Of a DNA stretch of 64,000 bases, positions 58,940-64,000 are shown piece after piece. The first letter of the stretch is position 1; every line of letters starts with the position of its first letter. This DNA comes from Marinilabilia sp. (GTDB lineage Bacteria > Bacteroidota > Bacteroidia > Bacteroidales > Marinilabiliaceae). The notes under the pieces were generated by a model. That model was not told the origin of the DNA, made no database searches, and saw only the letters and a list, made by a program, of their open reading frames with translations. The stretch is taken from positions 6,761 to 70,760 of the forward strand of contig NZ_JADQBH010000108.1 in assembly GCF_016278715.1 (NCBI RefSeq), in the 5' to 3' direction. The position numbers and the translations under genes were made by a program.

Positions 58940-59005
58940 CAAAGTTAAAAATTATTTTAATTTACGCAATCGATTGCGTAAGCCGGATGATTATTATTAC
59001 TTTTG
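58940..59005. promoter_or_regulatory. Divergent promoters sharing a perfect 20-bp LacI-type palindrome
   Basis: ttacgcaatcgattgcgtaa at 58962-58981; plus-strand TACTTTTG at 58998; minus-strand TAACTTTG at 58940-58947. Confidence 0.8.
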
Positions 59006-59024
59006 CAATTCAGAGATTTACGAA

Positions 59025-60059
59025 ATGTTAAAAAAGGAAGTAACCATATACGAAATAGCCAAACTACTCAATGTTTCGGCGGCGACTGTCAGCAGGGGTT
59101 TAAAAAATCACCCCTCCATCAGCAAAAAAACCTGTACAAAAATCCAGGAAACAGCAAAAAAATTGGGTTACCAATCCAATGCACTGGCAAGCAGCCTGCG
59201 AACCAGCAAAAGCTATACACTTGGAGTTATAGTCCCCCGGCTCGACAGCAATTTTATGTCGACCGTTTTGGCAGGAATGGAAAAAGCTGCAGTGGAAAAA
59301 GGATACCATCTTATTATAATGCAGTCCTTCGAAACCCAGGAAAAAGAAGAAAAATGTGCGCAATTGCTTTTCAACCACCGGGTTGACGGCATTCTGGTCT
59401 CCACCTCATCAGAATCAGACGGGATGAATCATTTTTCACCATTTGTAAAGAAAAATATTCCGCTTCTGTTCTTCGACAGAGCTCCAAACGGGAAGCATAC
59501 GTTCAGCAGTATAACCATCAACAATCGCAAGGCAGGATACGAACTCACTAAACTTATGATAAAGAATGGTTCCGAAAACATATTACATATTACTGGAAAC
59601 AAAAGACTTTTGGTCTATAAAGAAAGGCTCGATGGTTTCATTCAGGCCTTGAAAGAATTCAACATCCCCTTTTCCCCAAAGATGGTCTGGGAAACAAAGC
59701 TGGGGGTTGAAGATGGAACAAATGCCGCAAAAAAGATCCTGACGATGAAAACTTTACCCGATAGCATTTTTGTAGCGAATGACACCTGTGCGATTGCGAT
59801 AACCAACTATCTGCAAAAAAAAGGAATTAAAATTCCCGGGCAAATTCAGGTTTCAGGATTTAATGATGACCCCTTCGCCTCTCTTTTCACTCCGCAGCTC
59901 ACAACAGTTAGGTATCCCGGAACCGAAATGGGCATAGTTGCAGTTAAGTCTATCATTGACTTAATAAAAACCAAGAACAAATCTCCGGTAAAGGACATTC
60001 TGGATTTTAAACTAATCGTCAGAGAATCTACTGATAAGATTGACACACGACTGCCTTAG
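59025..60059 (+). CDS. LacI-family transcriptional regulator
   Basis: TIYEIAKLLNVSAATVSRGL HTH plus periplasmic-binding-like domain; start taken at ATG 59025. Confidence 0.95.
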   Translation: MLKKEVTIYEIAKLLNVSAATVSRGLKNHPSISKKTCTKIQETAKKLGYQSNALASSLRTSKSYTLGVIVPRLDSNFMSTVLAGMEKAAVEKGYHLIIMQSFETQEKEEKCAQLLFNHRVDGILVSTSSESDGMNHFSPFVKKNIPLLFFDRAPNGKHTFSSITINNRKAGYELTKLMIKNGSENILHITGNKRLLVYKERLDGFIQALKEFNIPFSPKMVWETKLGVEDGTNAAKKILTMKTLPDSIFVANDTCAIAITNYLQKKGIKIPGQIQVSGFNDDPFASLFTPQLTTVRYPGTEMGIVAVKSIIDLIKTKNKSPVKDILDFKLIVRESTDKIDTRLP

Positions 60060-60100
60060 GAACACATTTTTAATAAAATAAACGTTTGAAACAAAAGAAA

Positions 60101-60844
60101 ATGATAAAACAGAAAACAGCTATTGTTACCGGCGGGACTACCGGTTTGGGAAAAGCAATTACCAAAACATTTCTAGATGCAGACATTTTCACCATCATCA
60201 TAGACCTGAATAAGGAAAACCTGGATGCAGCCAAAAAAGAATTTGGAGACAAGTGTGCCTATGAACATTTCAACCTGGCAGAACTGGAAAAAATTCCTGC
60301 CCTTGTTGAAACACTTGAAGAGAAGTACGGACAATTGGATATTCTGGTTAACAATGCAGGAATTCATCTGAAGAAATTTGCGCTGGATGTAACCGATGAG
60401 GAGTTCAAAAGAGTCATTGAGATCAATCAAAATGTTGTATTCTCCTTGTCACGCGAGGTTGCCAGGAAAATGATTAAACATGGATCAGGCTCAATCCTCA
60501 ACATCAGTTCCATGGCAGCCATTTATGGAATTCCCCAGGTAATAGCCTATACCGCCGCAAAAACAGCTGTAGAAGGAATGACCCGGGCCATGGCAGTGGA
60601 GTGGTCGCCAAAAGGTGTCCGTGTAAACGCTATTGCCCCGGGGTTTATCTACTCAAAAATGTCGGGTAAAGCACTGGACAGCGACCCCGAGCGCAAACAA
60701 AAAGTATTCTCCCGCACACCGATGGGACGTATGGGAAACCCCGAGGAAGTGGGCTCTGCCGCACTATTTATGGTTTCGGATGCAGCCAGTTATATCACAG
60801 GAGCCATTTTGCCTGTTGATGGCGGTAATTCTATTGGATTTTAA
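60101..60844 (+). CDS. Short-chain dehydrogenase/reductase, probably a hexuronate-pathway oxidoreductase
   Basis: TGGTTGLG, NNAG, YTAAK and VNAIAPG motifs; adjacent to mannonate dehydratase. Confidence 0.85.
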   Translation: MIKQKTAIVTGGTTGLGKAITKTFLDADIFTIIIDLNKENLDAAKKEFGDKCAYEHFNLAELEKIPALVETLEEKYGQLDILVNNAGIHLKKFALDVTDEEFKRVIEINQNVVFSLSREVARKMIKHGSGSILNISSMAAIYGIPQVIAYTAAKTAVEGMTRAMAVEWSPKGVRVNAIAPGFIYSKMSGKALDSDPERKQKVFSRTPMGRMGNPEEVGSAALFMVSDAASYITGAILPVDGGNSIGF

Positions 60845-60890
60845 TCCAATCACCCATTCATCCTTCATTAATTACCAAAAAACATTTTTT

Positions 60891-62099
60891 ATGAAGATCA
60901 CCGATGCCAAAGTGATTGTTTGTTCCCCGGCACGGAACTTCGTCACTTTAAAAATATACACCGACCAGGGCGTTTACGGTCTGGGAGACGCAACCCTCAA
61001 TGGCCGGGAACTGGCGGTGGCAACCTACCTCCAGGAATATTGCATTCCTGCCCTGAAAGGCAAAGACCCCAGAAACATTGAAGACATCTGGCACTATTTT
61101 TACCGGGGTGTTTACTGGAAACGTGGAGCCGTAACCATGACAGCCATTTCGGCCATTGATATGGCCCTTTGGGACATCAAGGGAAAAATGCTTAACACCC
61201 CCATTTACAATCTACTGGGAGGCAAAAGCCGCGACCGCGTAATGGTGTATGCTCACGCCAACGGGGTAGATCTGGATCATGCCCTGGAAAGTGTTGCCCA
61301 CGAAATTGATCAGGGTTTTAAAGCCATTCGTGTTCAATCGGGTATTCCCGGATTAGATCACACCTATGGTGTAGCCAAAAAAGGAGAAAAGTATGAGCCG
61401 GCAGGAAAAGGATTGGCCAAGGAGGATTTCTGGGACACCCACAAATACCTGAACTGGGCGCCTAAACTGTTTAGTAAGGTCAGAGAGCATTTTGGAGAAG
61501 ACCCTCTGCTACTGCATGATGTACATCACAGACTCACGCCGATTGAGGCAGGACGTTTGGGAAAAGAGCTGGAGCCCTTTCACCTGTACTGGATGGAAGA
61601 TGCTGTTACCGGAGAACTTCAGGAAGGACTCAAAATTGTTCGCCAACATACCACCACCCCAATAGCCATCGGGGAGGTATTCAATTCGGTTTATGATTAT
61701 ACCTCCCTCATATCTCAGCAGTTAATAGACTTTGTCCGTATGCCCATTGTTCACGGAGGAGGAATTACCCATCTGCAAAAAGTAGCCGCATTTGCAGCTA
61801 TTTATCATGTGCAGACAGGATTTCACGGGGCAACCGACCTCTCACCCATCAATATGGCAGCGGCACTACACTTCGATTTTGCCATCAACAATTTCGGTAT
61901 TCAGGAATATATGCCCCATGAGGAGATTGTCAACCAAGTATTCAAAACCAATTACAAATTTCAGGATGGTTATATGTACATCGACGACACCCCGGGAATA
62001 GGCGTTGACATTGATGAGAAAGCTGCAGAAAAATTTCCATACAGTCCGGCGAGTTTGCCAGTGAACAGGAAAGCCGACGGAACCCTGTTTTATTGGTAA
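60891..62099 (+). CDS. manD: D-mannonate dehydratase, enolase superfamily (ManD/RspA)
   Basis: RNFVTLKI, GDATLNGRELAV, TYGV...YEPA, HDVHHRL, HGATDLSP and GTLFYW motifs; start taken at ATG 60891. Confidence 0.9.
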   Translation: MKITDAKVIVCSPARNFVTLKIYTDQGVYGLGDATLNGRELAVATYLQEYCIPALKGKDPRNIEDIWHYFYRGVYWKRGAVTMTAISAIDMALWDIKGKMLNTPIYNLLGGKSRDRVMVYAHANGVDLDHALESVAHEIDQGFKAIRVQSGIPGLDHTYGVAKKGEKYEPAGKGLAKEDFWDTHKYLNWAPKLFSKVREHFGEDPLLLHDVHHRLTPIEAGRLGKELEPFHLYWMEDAVTGELQEGLKIVRQHTTTPIAIGEVFNSVYDYTSLISQQLIDFVRMPIVHGGGITHLQKVAAFAAIYHVQTGFHGATDLSPINMAAALHFDFAINNFGIQEYMPHEEIVNQVFKTNYKFQDGYMYIDDTPGIGVDIDEKAAEKFPYSPASLPVNRKADGTLFYW

Positions 62100-62150
62100 A
62101 TCATAGTAATGCCAATAAAGCCGATTTCTTTTATTTAAGATGATTGTTCC

Positions 62151-62158
62151 TATATTTG
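62151..62158 (+). promoter_or_regulatory. TAnnTTTG -7 box upstream of the MFS gene
   Basis: TATATTTG 22 nt before the ATG. Confidence 0.5.
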
Positions 62159-62180
62159 TTAGAAACAATCATCTTTTTTT

Positions 62181-63563
62181 ATGACGTGGACCCGCAAACA
62201 ACTCTCCATCCTCTCCATTGTTGCCATCACTTCATTTATGGGGACTTTTCTGATTTCCTCCATCAATATTGCCTTGCCCGCAATAGAAAAGGACTTCAAT
62301 CTGGACGCGGTAACCCTTAGTTGGATTGTCACAGCGTTTCTGTTAACAATGGCCATTTTATTACTGCCTGTAGGCAGATGGGGCGATCTGACCGGCATTC
62401 GGAAGATGTTTAAAGTCGGGGTGGTTTTCTTCACTCTTTCATCAGTTACCTGTGCCTTTGCTCCATCAGGGTTCTGGCTGATAATTTTCAGATTGATCCA
62501 GGGAGCAGGCGCTGCACTCACCAGCACTACAGGGCCTGCCATACTGGTATCTTCATTTCCTCCCAGCCAGAAAGGGCGCGTGCTGGGAATCTCAGTATCA
62601 GCTGTTTACCTGGGTCTTGCTTTCGGACCTTTCTTTGGTGGATTTCTCACCCAGACCTTAGGCTGGCGATCAATTTTTGCTGTTTCAGCCCTTTTGGGAA
62701 CTTTTGTAGTCACGATAACCTGGAAATATCTGGGAAAAGACCAAATATCCAGTGACGAGCCAAAAAAGCGAATCAGTTTAAAAGGAACTGTTTTTTATAT
62801 CATCGGGCTGACCACCATGGTTTACGGGGCATCCATCATCCCCGAAACAAAAGGATGGCTGCTTATTCTTTCCGGGATCATCGCATTAATCCTGTTCTGG
62901 CAAATAGAAAAACGATCTCCTAATCCGGTTATCGACACACATTTATTTACCCGAAACCGGCTTTTTGCATTTTCCAATTTTGCAGCCCTCATCAACTACA
63001 GCGCCACTTTTGCCATTGTATTTCTACTAAGTCTCTACCTTCAAAAAATTCAAAGTCTGAGCCCAAGAGACGCAGGGCTCATATTGGTTGCTCAACCCAT
63101 TATGATGGCGCTATTCTCTCCAATTGCCGGCCGGTTATCAGACCGGATTCAACCCAGATACCTGGCAACACTGGGAATGGCAATGTGTACCTCCGGGCTG
63201 GCTGCATTTGCCTTTCTGAATACAACAACCCCGCTATGGCAGATTGTTTCGCTATTAATCTGGGTAGGACTGGGTTTTGCCTTTTTCTCCAGCCCCAACA
63301 TGAATACCATCATGAGTTCGGTGGACAAAAGCAAGTACGGAATTGCATCTGGTTCGGCAGCTACCATGAGGGTGGTGGGTCAAATAGTCAGCATGACCAT
63401 TGCGACTTTCTTCTTTGCTTTATTCTTTGGGGGTGAACAAATCGAGAAAATTGATTCAGCCATCTTTCTGAAGTCCATGCAATTCGGTTTTATAACCTTT
63501 GCGCTTATTGCAGTCGCGGGTATCTGGTTTTCATTTTACCGTGGATCCATTCAGCGGGAATAG
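62181..63563 (+). CDS. MFS transporter, 14-TM DHA2 (EmrB/QacA-like)
   Basis: GRWGDLTGIRK (motif A), RLIQGAG, GPFFGG and AGRLSDR motifs. Confidence 0.9.
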   Translation: MTWTRKQLSILSIVAITSFMGTFLISSINIALPAIEKDFNLDAVTLSWIVTAFLLTMAILLLPVGRWGDLTGIRKMFKVGVVFFTLSSVTCAFAPSGFWLIIFRLIQGAGAALTSTTGPAILVSSFPPSQKGRVLGISVSAVYLGLAFGPFFGGFLTQTLGWRSIFAVSALLGTFVVTITWKYLGKDQISSDEPKKRISLKGTVFYIIGLTTMVYGASIIPETKGWLLILSGIIALILFWQIEKRSPNPVIDTHLFTRNRLFAFSNFAALINYSATFAIVFLLSLYLQKIQSLSPRDAGLILVAQPIMMALFSPIAGRLSDRIQPRYLATLGMAMCTSGLAAFAFLNTTTPLWQIVSLLIWVGLGFAFFSSPNMNTIMSSVDKSKYGIASGSAATMRVVGQIVSMTIATFFFALFFGGEQIEKIDSAIFLKSMQFGFITFALIAVAGIWFSFYRGSIQRE

Positions 63564-63760
63564 AAAATCGTTTCACATTTGATGAAACTGGCTCCTCCGC
63601 AATTAATATATAACTAAACCTTCTGAGAATATGAGTCCTCCTGATATCACCGGTAAAAATAAAGAAATCAGGAGGACAAAACGGTAAACATCACTGAATC
63701 CACAACCGGATTAGGGCATTTTTTTTCATCTTGCACTCAGAATCATAAAACCATAAATAC

Positions 63761-64000
63761 ATGAACGCAAGAAGACAATATCAAAGAACTTTGCTGACTC
63801 TAAGCTTTATCGCCAGTTTCTTAGCAGATGCTCAAAACCCGGTAATTACTGAAAAACACACTGCCGACCCGGCTGCCATAGTACACAATGACACCGTCTA
63901 TCTCTATGCCGGACATGATGAAGCGGCTCACGATTTCAATTTCTACAACCTCAACGAATGGCTTATTTATTCCTCCACCGATATGGTGAACTGGAATGAA
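63761..64000 (+). CDS. GH43 glycoside hydrolase, N-terminus (runs off window end)
   Basis: Manual translation MNARRQ...AQNPVITEKHTADPAAIVHNDTVYLYAGHDE...YSSTDMVNW. Confidence 0.85.
   Translation, partial: MNARRQYQRTLLTLSFIASFLADAQNPVITEKHTADPAAIVHNDTVYLYAGHDEAAHDFNFYNLNEWLIYSSTDMVNWNE

Noticed and set aside
60633-60890. N-terminal extension of manD in the ORF track
   Set aside because: Overlaps the SDR gene; family homology starts at ATG 60891

Overview
Chromosomal window from a Bacteroidota genome. SusC/SusD pairs, T9SS sorting domains and TAnnTTTG promoters support the phylum; a Marinilabiliales-like anaerobe is my inference. From left to right it holds: grpE-dnaJ; oxyR; a complete trpEGDCFBA operon with an unannotated WWW leader peptide and attenuator; purU-redoxin-hisH-hisA-hisF-hisIE, with repeat-filled spacers; and HD / C-GCAxxG-C-C / acyl-ACP thioesterase genes. 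Next is a four-gene cluster of octaheme (OTR-family) cytochrome c, cytochrome b, YeeE/YedE, and YeeE/YedE-rhodanese. Its last protein has a Cys-less rhodanese loop and a SoxY-like C-terminal GGC tail, making it the best candidate here for an undescribed membrane sulfur-redox system. Then come two tandem T9SS beta-helix paralogues and an ECF-sigma/FecR/SusC/SusD/GH3 locus. A large minus-strand xylan PUL follows (HTCS, SusC, frameshifted SusD, SGBP, GH10 with CBM4 inserts, a GH115 relic, GH35-like, GH3, GH67, GH43). The window ends with a LacI-SDR-mannonate dehydratase unit, an MFS transporter and the start of a GH43 gene. A perfect 20-bp palindrome upstream of the LacI gene overlaps both its own promoter and the divergent HTCS promoter. 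No rRNA, tRNA, CRISPR array or transposase was seen. All calls come from motif recognition by eye; no searches were run.
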